Shown here piece after piece: positions 36,076 to 48,560 of a stretch of 64,000 nt of DNA (positions within the stretch are counted from its first letter, which is position 1; each line of letters opens with the position of its first letter). The translations under genes were made by a program, and so were the position numbers. The notes under the pieces were generated by a model. It searched no databases, was not told the origin of the DNA, and saw nothing but the letters and a program-made list of their open reading frames with translations. The DNA is from Stegostoma tigrinum (lineage: Eukaryota), in assembly GCF_030684315.1 (NCBI RefSeq), contig NC_081372.1, positions 40,058,457 through 40,122,456 of the forward strand. Reading direction: 5' to 3'.

Positions 36076-37879
36076 GAAAGATGTAGTGGGAAGTAGATCC
36101 TGGCCTGAGGTCATCTTGCATGATTGAATAACTCCTGCATCCAAAACCACTGCCATCAAATTCTGACCTTAGATGCAAAAACCACAAATGGCCTGCAGCC
36201 TTTGAATTTGCGCTAAATGAAGCAAAACACTGTTCTGTTCTAATGTACAGAATTATCATTGTGTAAGACAGCTTGCACCAACAATCATCTGTGTGTTAGC
36301 AAGTCCATTAATTTCCTTTCTATCTTAATCAAAGAGAGTGCTTACCTTCTCAGGTTTCACACAATACACAGTAAAGCAAACATAAGGCTTCATAACAACC
36401 AGTCACAATACCATTTTATCATCCATTGCGTGAATGTGCCATGTTGACTGCCGCAGTCACTTTTATTATACTAATTAAAATTCACAAAACTATTACCTTA
36501 GTCACTGCCATTTTATAAATTTTACACATATTTGGAATTGAATGGCAACTCATAGAAATATAATAAGTTCATTGGCAGTACAGCTTTAACAATAGGAAAT
36601 GTCCATCATGTATGTATGAGAAATAATTAACATGAAGAAGAGAGCAAGAAAATGAACCATTAAACAACGCCTTACAGATAGTTTATAAACTCTGAATACT
36701 GTAAAGAGATTGCTCCACTAAAAGTATTGCGTTTTTTTTTAAAGTCAAGATATCCTTTGATAACAAATGTATACCACCTTGCAGACCACGTGATCATACA
36801 TTCAGGCCACAATATTAAAATATTCATTGAAGCTAAATGTAAAAGGAATCTGGCAGACACCAACAGTGTGGAATTTTACCCCACTCACAGTAATCTTAGT
36901 GTTGCCTCACATTTCATGTGCTACCCAATGTCTAGAGTTAACACCCACTCTGGACTCAGAGTGGAAAGCATGTAAATAGATACATTATAAGCTTAGGTTA
37001 TCCTGTTCATGAAAGTAGTTTATTTAAAAAAGGGCATCAGTTCAGCAAAAAAACTCTACAGTCAAATAATATACATCTTAAAAGGTACAAGAGCACTTTC
37101 CTTTCAGTGCAAGGATTTATATCACATTGCTTCAATGTTGCTGATTTTTAAAAATAGCTTTTATATACTTTCTGTTTCATTTTTCTCTCTTGATGACTGG
37201 TACTTTTTAGGGATTGACAGAACTCCAATAATTTAGCACAGGTTTATTAGCTTAGTGTAGTCTTAATCAGCAAACACAAGCAGATTACTTAAATGCGAAA
37301 GGCATCTTGAAACAGCCTGAAAACAAGAAGCAGGAGAGAGGAGAACCCAGAGGTAATTACTTGCAGCCAGATGGCCAGGAGAGGGGAGAGACTGTCACCA
37401 GCACCTGAATGAGTGGGAGAGAACTTTCTTAACTAGCACCAGGAAAGAAAGAATTTACACATACTGGATCAAGAATTGATTTGTGAATCAGTGGGAAGGA
37501 TGTAAGGGTGCAAATATACAAAAAAATTATAAAGAGGTGTACACATCAGCATAATTATCATAAAGGACTTTAATTACCCATATATAAACTGGGATAGTGG
37601 TAATGTGAGCGTAAATGAAGGATAAACAATCCTAGATTGTGTTCAGCAGGATTTTCTGCAATTGTATGTGACCAGTCCAACAGGAAAAGACAGATTTTTT
37701 AACTCTAGTTCTTTTTAATGAGGTGGGCCAAGCAGACCAAGTAATTGTGGAGTAACAATTAATGTACAATCATCATTACAATGGAAGGTTGAGGATGACG
37801 ATATAAAATGATGGCGGTCAATCAATTTGTGGACCATGGACTTCAAGAACAGAGTTAGATCAGGTGTAGAGGAACAATG

Positions 37880-38175
37880 TTCATAGAATCCTACAGTGTG
37901 GAAACAGGCCATTTGGCCCATCAAGTCTACACCAAAACTCTGAAGATCCTTCCACTCATGGCTAATTTCCATGGCTAGCCCACCTGCACATTCCTAGCCA
38001 ATCCACCTGCACATCTTTGGACTGTGAGAGGAAACAAGAGCATTTGGAAGAAACACTTGCAGACACATGGAGAATGTGCAAACTCCACATAGACAGTCGC
38101 ACGAGGGTGGAATCAAACCTGAGTCCCTAGCGCTGTGAGGCAGAAGAGCTAAGCACTGGGCCATGGTGCCACCCA
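37880..38175 (-). mobile_element. HE1-like SINE
   Basis: CATAGAATCCTACAGTGTGGAAACAGGCC tail; TGTGCAAACTCCACATAGACAGTC; head AGAGCTAAGCACTGGGCCATGGTGCCACCC. Confidence 0.85.
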
Positions 38176-39019
38176 GGCAAAGGTTGGGAAGAGAAACAGT
38201 ATCTGATAAATGTTAAAAAGGAGATGGTTTGGGCATTCTCAAGGTATTGTCTCACAAAATAATAAAAGTAAGACAAAGAAATCCGAACCCCTCTGGACAA
38301 CTCAGGAGATATGAACTAAGTTAAAAGTGAAAAATTGCGCTTGTGACAATTATTAGCTAATAAATACAGTAATAAACCAAACCAGTTATAATAAAAAAGT
38401 TTCAGAAGGGAGGTCAGAAAGCAAATACAAGAAGCAAAGAGGGATTATTATAAAAGACTTGCAATTAACATAACAGGAAATCTCAAAGTCTTCCACAAGC
38501 ACATTAAAATAAGAAAAGGGTGTCAAAAGGAACAGTAGGGCCAATTAGGGACCAAAAATAAAATTCCAACTTAGAGGCAAGATGAATATTTGAGGTGTTA
38601 CATAGTTTTTTTTATCTGTCTTAATGTATGAAGCAGAAGCTGCTGAGGCTATGTCAGCAGAGGAAGAAATTGAGTCACTACAAGTGTTTAAAATTGATGA
38701 GGAGGATATATTGGGCATGCAGTTGGTAGTAAAGTTGATGAGGCACTGGGATTGGATGCAATGCATCTAAGGATGTTGAAGGAAATGACAGCGTAAATTT
38801 CAGAGGCAATAATCTTTCAGTCTTTCCTGGATTTGGGGATGGAGTGTTCAAAAATGTTGTAAAGATTGGCTTGGCAATAACAGACCAGACAGTTTCACCT
38901 TAGTGGTAAGGAAACTTCCAGAAACAATTATTTAAGATATAATTATGAGTATATGGGAGAATGTGGATTGATTTGGAAGAGACAGCATGGATTTGTCAAG
39001 GAAAAATCATGCTTAACTA

Positions 39020-39147
39020 GAAAGGGTCACCGGACCTGAAACCTTAACTCTGTTTTCTCCTTGACAGATGCTGCTAGACCTTCTGAGCTTTTCCAGCAAC
39101 TTTGTTGTTGTTCCTGATTTACAGCATTCGCAGTTCTTTTGGTTTTT
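39020..39147 (+). mobile_element. Penelope-like terminal mini-element (family B) with 11-bp TSD
   Basis: AAGGGTCACCGGACCTGAAACCTTAAC; ATGCTTAACTA at 39009-39019 and 39148-39158. Confidence 0.82.
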
Positions 39148-39867
39148 ATGCTTAACTAACTTGCTGGAATCTTTTAAGGAAGCAACAGAGAGGATTAATG
39201 AAGGAAAGCTGTTGACGTGGTATACATAGACTTCCAAATGTTTCGGATTTGTGCATTTTCATGATAAGCCATTGAATCTCCTTTCATGTGATCTATTCAC
39301 ATGATCCAGCTGAGTTCACTTGACATTGAAAAGGGCTGAATTTCGGCTATTTTTTCTCTGAATAAATCACATGCGTTAATTATCCCAATGGTTCTTGCTA
39401 GGAAAGATCAGCTGACTCAACACTGAATCAAATCTGGAATTTTTTCTTTCCAACATAATGCTTCTCATGTGATAATTATCACATGCAAACCACTGAAGTA
39501 GTTTGTTGCACTTTCCTAACGGGTGGTACAATTTAAAGCTTTCAAATAGCATCCAAAGCCATTTGTTGGAATGTGTTCCAAATTTTATCTGCCCTCTGCT
39601 CTCTGACTTCATTCCTGAATGGTTTAGATTTAATCTTGAAGATTTGGCTACTCAGGAAAGGAATGCAAACAGTTTCCCTAATGTCATCTACAGTAAAGTA
39701 TGTTGGTTATTAAGATCAAGATTCCCTAATTTGTTATGGTTCCAGATGTGATACCATGACTGCCAAGTTCCTTAGATAAGGAGGATGAATTAGGTCCTCC
39801 CTATACTCACCCATCCCCTCATTCAGTTGCAACAAGTTTAATTTGTAAAGATCCCTTTCCAATGGAA

Positions 39868-39971
39868 AGATAACAAAGTGTGAAGCTGGATGAACACAGC
39901 AGGCCAAGCAGCATCTTAGGAGCACAAAAGCTGACATTTCGGGCCTAGACCCTTCATCAGGAGCTCTGATG
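39868..39971 (-). mobile_element. Penelope-like terminus (family A) with hammerhead motif at 39933-39960
   Basis: Reverse complement reads CTGATGAAGGGTCTAGGCCCGAAATGTC; followed by a short inverted stub CATCAG-GAGCT-CTGATG. Confidence 0.85.
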
Positions 39972-41169
39972 TGGAACAGAGGATTTTGGGATTATTAGTT
40001 TTATAGGCTGAGGGAAGTTCTTTTGTCCTGATTCTCTTTTTAACCAATTTTCAGCACTCAGTTAAAATCTTCCTTTACTTGCTACAGAGGGAGATTAGGA
40101 GATTGTTATTTGTTTACTCATGGCATGCTCTGACTGTCTCGCAACACCCCACCAACCCAACCTTTGAACTCCTATCGCAATACCCCACAGACACGACATC
40201 TCTGCAAGACCAAGTAACGTATAATTGGCAGCTAAAGGATCTGCCTGAAGGGAGAAGCACAACTGCTTCTATGACAAGACATTGTCAACAATAATCAAGT
40301 GGGAAATGGCTAACACTGTGTTCACTGTTTACTACACTGTTCACGGTCCACTAATTGTAGATATGGAGTGATTATGCTAATTGGGTATTAGTAAAATTGT
40401 GATCTTCATGTGAAATGATTTGAAAGGATTGGATGAAGATGGTGGACCTGTTGATTGAGAGAATATGGCAACAGTGATCTGAAGTCCAATGCTGAGGACA
40501 TTTCTCCAAAACAGTCCTCAATTAGGTGGCAATGAATGTTCCCTGGACTGCCACCCATAAAAACACCCCCAAATACACCCCCACAACCTCCAGCCAAGTG
40601 TAAAGTTCTATCTGAATCCTTCTGTATTATCTTGGTGCACCTGGGCTTCTTCTTCATCAAACTCTAGTGGCTGCTCAGCCTGACCCTCCTACATAATTTT
40701 GCTCATTATTTTGCCATGTAAATGGGATACAGCACTTTTGATTTCCCACTGTGCTTCTTGAGCTCAGGGAACTTTCTGTAAGAATTCTTTATTTATAGCT
40801 TAGTTTTCTTTCACGTTAGGTTGTTTGGATACATCATGGCACACTTCCATTTTTACTGACATCCTGAGATTGAACGTAAACCCTGAACTCTGGCACAGAG
40901 GTAGGGACACAAGCCTTCTCTATAAATTCTCCAAAATTCTCCAAACACATAATCTCCAAAAACCCTATTAGAGCTTCTGCTCTCTTCAAATTCTCTTTAC
41001 GCAATCATGTGACACTGGCGTTTTCATGACACATTTTACATCAGCATCACTACATCCCATTGATGTCTTTGCACTCGATAATGGAAATCACCAATCTCTT
41101 GTGTTTTCCTTGCTTTTAGAAAAAAGTAACAGATTGCATCACCTGCCTCTTTTCTGAAATAATTCACTT

Positions 41170-41880
41170 TGGTAGATGGGAGACAGCATGGCAAAATATA
41201 CTAAAAGCCATAGTTCTAAAGAACGTGGAAGGACAGAGGGATCTGGGCAGATCATGTCCTTGAATTCTTGAGGATTGGAGGGCACAATGAGAGAATAGTT
41301 AGCAAGCATATTTTATCTTGGGCTTGGTAAATATAGGTATAAAAGCAGGTAAGGTAAGCTGAATGTTTAACAGGCTCTGATTAAACCATCTGTATTATTT
41401 CTAGTTGTGATCACACACTTTAGGAATGATTTGTAGGTCCCTGAGTGGATGCAGAGGAGATTTACCAGAATAGTTCCAAGGATAATGGTTTCAGCTACAA
41501 AGTTTGTTTAGAGAAGTTAGGGTTGTTCTCCTTGCACTAAAGAAGATTGAAAGGAGATTTGACAGAGTTATACATGACTATGACCGGCTTTGATAAGGTA
41601 CAAAAAAGAAAATCTGCTCTCATTAGCGGATAGCACAAAGATCGGAGGACACAAATTTCAGACACTATGCAAGAAATATCAACTAATGTGAGGAACAACC
41701 TTTACTGCAGGATTAAAAATGCCCTGCATTTGCAGCCAGCGGGGGCAGGGGTATGACAGTGGATTTCAAAGGGAAATTGGATAGGCACTTGAGAGGCCTA
41801 GATGCTATAGAGTTACAACAGGGGAATGAACTGACGGAATTTTTTCCACAGAAAGCTTGCAAAAGACAAGCTAAATTGGC
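41170..41880 (+). mobile_element. Old CR1 LINE 3' part
   Basis: CAGAGGGATCTGGG (QRDLG), CAGAGGAGATTTACCAGAATAGTTCCA (QRRFTRIVP), GAGAAGTTAGGGTTGTTCTCCTTG (EKLGLFSL). Confidence 0.78.
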
Positions 41881-41919
41881 TGCATATACTTGGAGATTGT
41901 GTGATTAATTTAAGACATA

Positions 41920-42380
41920 ACAGATGTTAAGTGAAGTATGGAAAAGCACAGCCAGTCAGGCAGCATCTGAGGAACAGGAAAGTCAATGTCTCAGGTCTTG
42001 ACGAAGGGTTTTGGCCTGAAACATTGACTTCTCTGCTCCTCGGATGCTGTCTGACATGTTGTGCTTTTCTGAGCTCCACATTTAATCATTTTGGCTTTAG
42101 CATCTGCAATTCTTACTGTCTCCAAGTCACTGAAAACCATACTGCAAAGTCTCTTCTAAGGATGCTCACCTTGAAGAAATTTTCCTCCTCTGTCCACAGA
42201 GAGCTCAATGAATCTCTCTCACACTGCAACCCCCTTGTTACTCCTCTGCGAGTCCTGATGAAGAGTTTTGGCCCAAAATATTGAGTTTCCTGCTCCTCGG
42301 ATGCTGTCTGACCTGCTGTGCTATTCCAGCTCCACATTTATTGACTTTGGCTTCCAGCATCTGCAGTCCTTACTGCCTTT
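41920..42380. mobile_element. Older Penelope-like termini (one inverted, two direct copies)
   Basis: TTGACGAAGGGTTTTGGCCTGAAACATT (~41998) and CTGATGAAGAGTTTTGGCCCAAAATATT (~42255), each followed by CTGCTCCTCGGATGCTGTCTGAC. Confidence 0.72.
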
Positions 42381-42734
42381 AAGTGTAGCATGCTTGGTGA
42401 CAGTGTACAGTTGGTTTCTAAAGCTTTCTTTCATCTGAGTATTTTGTAGACTGATCAACAAAATCAGTGAGACCATAAGTCCATATTGTTGTGTCACGCA
42501 CTGTCAAATGTTATCTACAGCAGCGACAGTCTCCTGCTTTGGAGGTACTTTTCCCATCTCCAATAGAAATGATATTTTTCTAATTGGTGTTCACATCTCT
42601 GGAGCAGGTGGGACTTTAAACCGGGTCACCTGGCAAAGAAATAGGGACACTATCACTGCACATCAACAGCCAATCTGACAGCTTCAGTGTGTAAACTAAT
42701 AGACAGTCTACAACTACAGCTTTAAAAGACCGCA

Positions 42735-42945
42735 GGTGTATGATACAAACAGAAACAGAAAATGCTAGAACAGCTCAAGACGTCTGGCAGCATCTGCGAA
42801 GGGAAATCTGAGTTAATGTTTATGGTTCTGAAGAAGAGTCACTGAACAAGAAACATTAACTCTGATTTCTCTCCATAGATGCTGCCAAACCTGCTAAGCC
42901 TTTGTGTTTCTGATTGCCAGCATCTGCAGTTCTTTCAGATTTTAT
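42735..42945. mobile_element. Fold-back Penelope-like mini-element (family B)
   Basis: TCTGGCAGCATCTGCG...GAGTTAATGTTT then CTGAAGAAGAGTCACTGAACAAGAAACATTAACTC...AGATGCTGCCA. Confidence 0.7.
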
Positions 42946-44547
42946 TCAATTGAGTTTTAACTGAGGCCTGAGCAGGGAATTCTCTGTGGCTTACTCACCA
43001 GGCTGATCTAAGCCAATTACTAGTGTGAGTCATGGAGCGGCCCACTAGGAACTCAACGCTTGATTATTATTTCTGATTTTAAACTGTACAGAGCAGTCAA
43101 TGGATTATAAAGCAGCCAATGAAAGGAGAGGCCTCAAGGATTAGACCAATCAATCAAGGTCCTATTATGGTAGTATAATGTCTAAATTAGTCCTTCTTTT
43201 CATTGTCAGGTTGAAGCGTAAATATGCCTTGTCAGAAGACAGAGTAACTTCAATTAGATAAGTTTGAAAATTTCCTTTGCAACTTAAAGAGCAATAATGT
43301 GCTCCTCTAAGTCCATATAAAAAAGAGCAGCCTCTGCTTCTCAGGATGTCTCCCTAATTCTTACCACAAAATATCTTCAAAATATTAGCACCATTTAACC
43401 TCAGGTCAGCCGACTAGCAACATTTGCATGTGGCCAGGAATTCAAATGCTTCAGGTATAAAACTTATCTCTGTCCCACAACCATCCAAAACCGGTCAGGA
43501 TTAAAATAGATGCCATGGCATATGTAATGGAAAGAGCCATATAGTTTCACAGGGAACCTAATTCAAGTTGCATTGCAAAGTAGAGGAGGTGAGGAGTGGG
43601 GTGGGTGGGAGTTGTGAGTAGGAGACAGAGATTTACATTACACCAAGGCTTTTAAAATACCACTTCACACCTTATACACAGTGTGAAATGATCCATGAAA
43701 TAACAAAGTGAAAGGTTTATTTTGCATAGCACAATTTCCAAGCACAAATTAATGCATAGAAAATATTGTATGGAAATATAAATAGATAAAAATGGTCTAT
43801 AATGCAAAAAGGTAAAAAGTAGCAAAGTTATTTTCATCATTTGTTCAGATATCTTCTGACACAGATCTAGCACAGGTGGGGCTTGGAGCCAGACGTTCAG
43901 TCTCAGAGGAAAGCATACTACTACTGTGCCACAACAGCACTTAGGTCTTTCTCCATTAATGGGGGAAGGGAAGATGACTCTAAAATAGCTTTCCTGCTCC
44001 TCTGGTGCTGCCTGGCCTGCTGTGTCTATCCAACTCTATACCTTGTTATCTCAGACTCCATCATCAGCAATTCCTACTTAGCATTTGGGTCTTTCCTTGT
44101 AAGATTAGCTCAGAGTTAAATTGTAGATATTGCTTTGCATCAGTTTAACAATGGAATAGGAAATAGATTACTGGATTTTCTGTTGGCATCACTTTGAGAA
44201 ATTCTGAAACAAGGAAGCTGAACTAACCATAATATACTGGAAAGCATCTGTACACAAAACAAAACCAGCATTTTTTCATCTTGTTACTGGCAGCTGTCTA
44301 TAATTATACTGTAATTTTCAGGATGCAACTTCCTATTTTTGCTTTTATTCTTAATACCTAGCTCATCATTGTTTCAGTTTTAATGTGAAAAATAAAACTT
44401 TATGTTTTATACACATTTGATTGCATATGCATTCAAAAGAATGTGGTCAACTTTCAATTACAAGAGATTTAAAAATACCTATGGGCCTAACACATGAACA
44501 GCTTCCCAATTACTTCAGTGGCATTTCATTGCAGCCAAGTTCACATA

Positions 44548-44665
44548 CAGGGGGTTCTGCTATAACATGTGTTCCGGTGACGCAAATTGGCTATAATGTT
44601 ATTGATAAATAGGGGAACACTATTTCTAAAACGCAAACTTGTGTTGACTGTAATGCGATTCCATC
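44548..44665 (+). mobile_element. Probable Tc1/mariner (Tigger/pogo-like) MITE left end
   Basis: TA|CAGGGGGTTCTGCTATAAC start with internal repeat GCTATAA; right end not found. Confidence 0.45.
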
Positions 44666-45194
44666 AAGTAGGCATCTTTACTAAAGATACCTACAGTGTA
44701 CTTGTACAATGCTGTGATTCTGAGAGGCCCAGAGAAATTCTCCCTGTCAGACTTCATTAAAACTGAAAAGTAAGAAGCTCCAGCAAGAAAACTAAAAAGG
44801 CACCAGCAGCCTTTTTAAAGTAATTAGTCTGATCATGATTGACTTAAGTTTTAACCTGATTTTCTCACCTTTGCTCCATATCCTTCAAAAACCTTGTGGT
44901 GTGACAATAAGACCACTGAAGGAGTCTGAGTTGCTATGGCAACATACACATACGTATATGCTGCAGTTTGGAACTATGGGTACTAGTGGTAGATTCTCCA
45001 ATGTTCTTTTAGTCACATGGCTGGTCAGGAATCTCTCCCAATCTTACAGTCTACTACTGCCAGTGCTGGAAGAATTTGCTGATTGATATCCAATCTTTTT
45101 AGTCACATTGTGAACGTGCCTTCCCTGGCCATTGAGTTCAGAGGCAGGACTTGAAACAAGATGTTCTTGTTTATGAAGGCTTACACCTTTCACA

Positions 45195-45375
45195 ACCTCA
45201 GGATGTTAAAGTGCAGTCATTGAAGAAAATACAGCAGCTAATTTTCACACAACACTCTCCCACAAGTAACAATGTGATAATGACCAGACAATCAGTCATT
45301 GTGTTGCTGACTAAGGGATGAGTATTGATCAGGATGCCTGGGTAGCTGTCCTGCACTTTCTGAATATAGTGAAGA
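45195..45375 (-). mobile_element. DeuSINE (SacSINE1/AmnSINE1-related) Deu-domain fragment
   Basis: GCAGCTAATTTTCACACAACACTCTCCCACAAGTAACAATGTGATAATGACCAGACAATC...AGGGATGAGTATTG resembles the Deu-domain consensus as recalled. Confidence 0.6.
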
Positions 45376-45763
45376 CAGTTATGATGATGTGACAAGGAGC
45401 TGCGAAGTCACTGTTACAGTTGGACTAATCTTTCTGAGCAGCTGCTAACCCCACTTTTCTCATAGGGCTAATTTTTTCTATAGTGTGATTTTTTTATGAA
45501 ACAATGTTGTGCTGGAATGCAACCATCATACTATAGCGAACACCTTGTATTGAAGATGATTTCATATTACTTTGGCCTTGCTGCCTTATACAAGCATTAA
45601 GCTTCAGACTAATCCAAAGAGGTTGTACGCTGAAATGAGCAACATGCAACTTATTGAAGTTATAGGCAACATTCATGCGACTTAATGGACCTACTACCAC
45701 ATTATTCATTTAATATACCAAAAAGTCATGAGAAAGCTCCTACTAGGAATCCTCATTAAATTC

Positions 45764-46171
45764 AGAGATAATGGGAACTGCAGATGCTGCAGAATCTGAG
45801 GTAACAAAGCGTGGAGCTGGATGAACACAGCAGGCCAACCAGCATCTTAGGAGCACAAAAGCTGGCGTTTCGGGCCTAGGCCCTTCATCAGAAAAGGGGG
45901 ATGGGGAGAGGATTCTGAAATAAATAGGGAGAGAGGGGGAAGTGGACGGAAGATGGAGAAGACTGGTGGAGAGGAGGTCATCGGTGGGAAGGTAGGAAGG
46001 GGGTGGGTCAGTCCCACCTCCCTACCTTCCCACCTATACGCTCCTCTCCACCTATCTTCTCCTCTATCCATCTTTGGTCCGCCTTCCCCTCTCTCCCTAT
46101 TTATTTCAGAATCCTCTTCACATCCCCCGTTTCTGATGAAGGGTCCAGGCATGAAACGTCAGCTTTTGTGC
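45764..46171. mobile_element. Fold-back Penelope-like element (family A) with 14-bp TSD and two opposed hammerhead motifs
   Basis: TCCTCATTAAATTC at 45750-45763 and 46172-46185; motifs at 45864-45891 (-) and 46133-46160 (+). Confidence 0.9.
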
Positions 46172-46839
46172 TCCTCATTAAATTCTGACATGGTTCACAA
46201 AATGGCTCCAAATTTTTAGTATGCTATTTTCAACTCACACCCTCTATCTATCAACTCCCCATATTGGGCCTTTTTACAACTCTCACACTGGGAATACTGG
46301 GCCTTTTTACAATTCCCATGCTGGCAATAATAAGCTGAAGCAAATTATATTGAATATATTCACATAAAAGTTTATAATGCATTTAGAACTCTACTAATTG
46401 AATAGAATGGAATTATAGATGTAATAAGGATTCATACATGATTACCTATTGGTACAATTTCAAGGTTATTGGAAGGCACTGCAATCATTGAATCAGCAAC
46501 CATTCTTCCATTTGATTCTCTTTTCTACTTTAAACTGGTTTGAAAAATACAAGAGATTAGAAGAAAAATATTATCTCCTTGGTTAGAAGATTTGTCATAC
46601 TTCAAACTCTTCATAGGTAATAAGATTGATTATTTACATTTTTAATTTACACTACAGGCTGAATTGATCATGATAGCTAATAGAGAACAGAGCAGAATAG
46701 TTGTGGCAGATGTATTTCATTATAATTCCATATGCAGAATAAGATACATATCCCTTCCAGATTCTTTCTTACCCCCAATACGATCTGCAGATCAAATATG
46801 TAAATGAAACCACCAAGTTTAATGTAAATTACAAATCAT

Positions 46840-48560
46840 TTTTTCCAGTCTTGGCTGTCTTGAGGTGGTGGTCATGAGCTACCTTTTTGAACTCTTGCAG
46901 CCAATGTACTGTATGTAGACCCACAGTGGCCTTAGAGAGGGAATTCCAGACTTTTGACCCACAGACAGTGAAGGAACAGAGATATATTTCCAAGTCAGGA
47001 TGGCAAGTGGCTTAGACAAGAACTTGCAGGTGATGCTCTTTTTAGGTATCTGCCACCCTTGTCCTTCTAGACGGAACCTTTTGTGCATTTGGAAGGTGCT
47101 GTCTGAGGTTTTTGGTAAATTTCTACAGGGTACCTTGTAGAAAGTACACACTGCTGTTGCCGTTTGTCCACAGTGGAGGGAATGGATGCTTGTCGATGTA
47201 GTGCCAATCAAGCAGGCTGGGGACCACTGGAGCATGCCAAGCATCTTGAGAGTTGTTGGAGCTGGAAGTGCGGCATATTCCATCACACTCCTGACTTGTC
47301 CCAAACAGGCTTGGGAAGTAAGGAGGTGATTTACTTGTCATAATAGTCCTAGCATCTGACCAACACAGCAGCCACTGTGTTTATGTGATGAGTCTAGTTG
47401 AGTTTCTGGTCAATGGTAAACTCCAGGGTGTTGACACTTGGGGATTCAGTGATGGTAACACCATTGACTATCATGGGGCTGTGGTTAGATTGTCTCTTAC
47501 TGGAGATGGTCATTGCCTGACATTTGTGTGGCATGAATTTCACTTGCCAATTATCAGCACAAGTCTGGATATTGTCCAGATCTTCTTGGGTTTCAACATG
47601 GACTGCTTCAGTATCAGAGGAGTCGTGAATAGTGCTGAACATTGTGCAATCATCGGCAAACATCCCCAGCCTGACCTCATGATGGAGGAAAAGTTGTTGT
47701 TGGAGAAATTGAAGATGGTTGGGCCGTGAACACTACCCCGATGAACTTCTGCAGAAATTTCCCGGACTGACCTCCAACAACCACAACCATCTTCCTATAT
47801 GCCAGGTATGAGTGCAACCAGTATAGAGTTTGTCCCCTGATACCCATTGATTTCAGTTTTGCCACACTTGGTGACTTTGATGTCAAGGGCTGACACTATC
47901 ACCTCACCTCTGGAATTCAGCTCATTTCTCCATGTTCGAACCAAGGCTGTAATGAGGTCAGGAGCTGAAAGGCTCTGGCAGAACTCAGCCTTCCATCACT
48001 TCACTGATAATCAAGAGCAGACTGCTGGGGTGGTAACTGGTCAGGTTGGATTTGTTCTGCTGTTTTTGGACATACTTGGGCGATTTTCCACATTGTTGGG
48101 TAGATGTGAGTGTTGTAACTGTCCTGGAACAGCTTGGCTAAGGAAATGGCAAATTCTGGAGCATAAGTCTTCAGCACTATTATTGGAATGTTGTCAGGAC
48201 AAGTAGCCTTTGCAGTATTCAGTGTCCCTAGCCTTTTCTTGATATCATACAGACTGAATTGAATTGCCTGAAGACTGGTATCCGTAATGCTGGGGACCAC
48301 TGGAAGAAGCCAAGATGGATCATCTACTTGGTACTTTTGGCTGAAGACTACAGTGAATGCTTTAGCCTTATTTTTTTTCAATGGTGTGTTGTGTCTTCCT
48401 GTCACTGAGGATAGGGATATTTATGGATTCTCCTCCTTCTCCTCCAGTGAGTTGTTTAATTATCCACTATCATTCCCGACTGGATGTTACAGGGCAGCAG
48501 AGCTGAAATCTAATCTGTTAGTTGTGGGGCTGCTTAGCTCTGCCTATCACTTGCCATGTT
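46840..48560 (-). mobile_element. CR1-group/L2-like LINE ORF2 (RT) remnant
   Basis: KATCPDNIP..VLKTYAPE...WKIAQVCP; KLKSMGIRGQTLYWLHSYL; MFADDCTMFSTI...DLDNIQTCADNWQVKF. Confidence 0.9.

Larger units (their letters stand above)
37540..39240 (+). mobile_element. Old CR1 LINE (endonuclease to RT), interrupted by a SINE and a PLE mini-element
   Basis: GGACTTTAATTACCCA (DFNYP); CAGCATGGATTTGTCAAGGAAAAATCATGCTTAACT (QHGFVKEKSCLT) resuming at 39159 with NLLESF; GTATACATAGACTTCCAA. Confidence 0.8.

Noticed and set aside
43210-43245. Possible micro-exons (LKRKYALSEDR here; also ~7747-7787 +, ~48970-49008 -, ~2601-2671 -)
   Set aside because: Splice-like signals only; no recognisable protein and no consistent strand or phase chain
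43598-43609. G-rich run GGGGTGGGTGGG as a G-quadruplex
   Set aside because: Only three G-tracts of three or more
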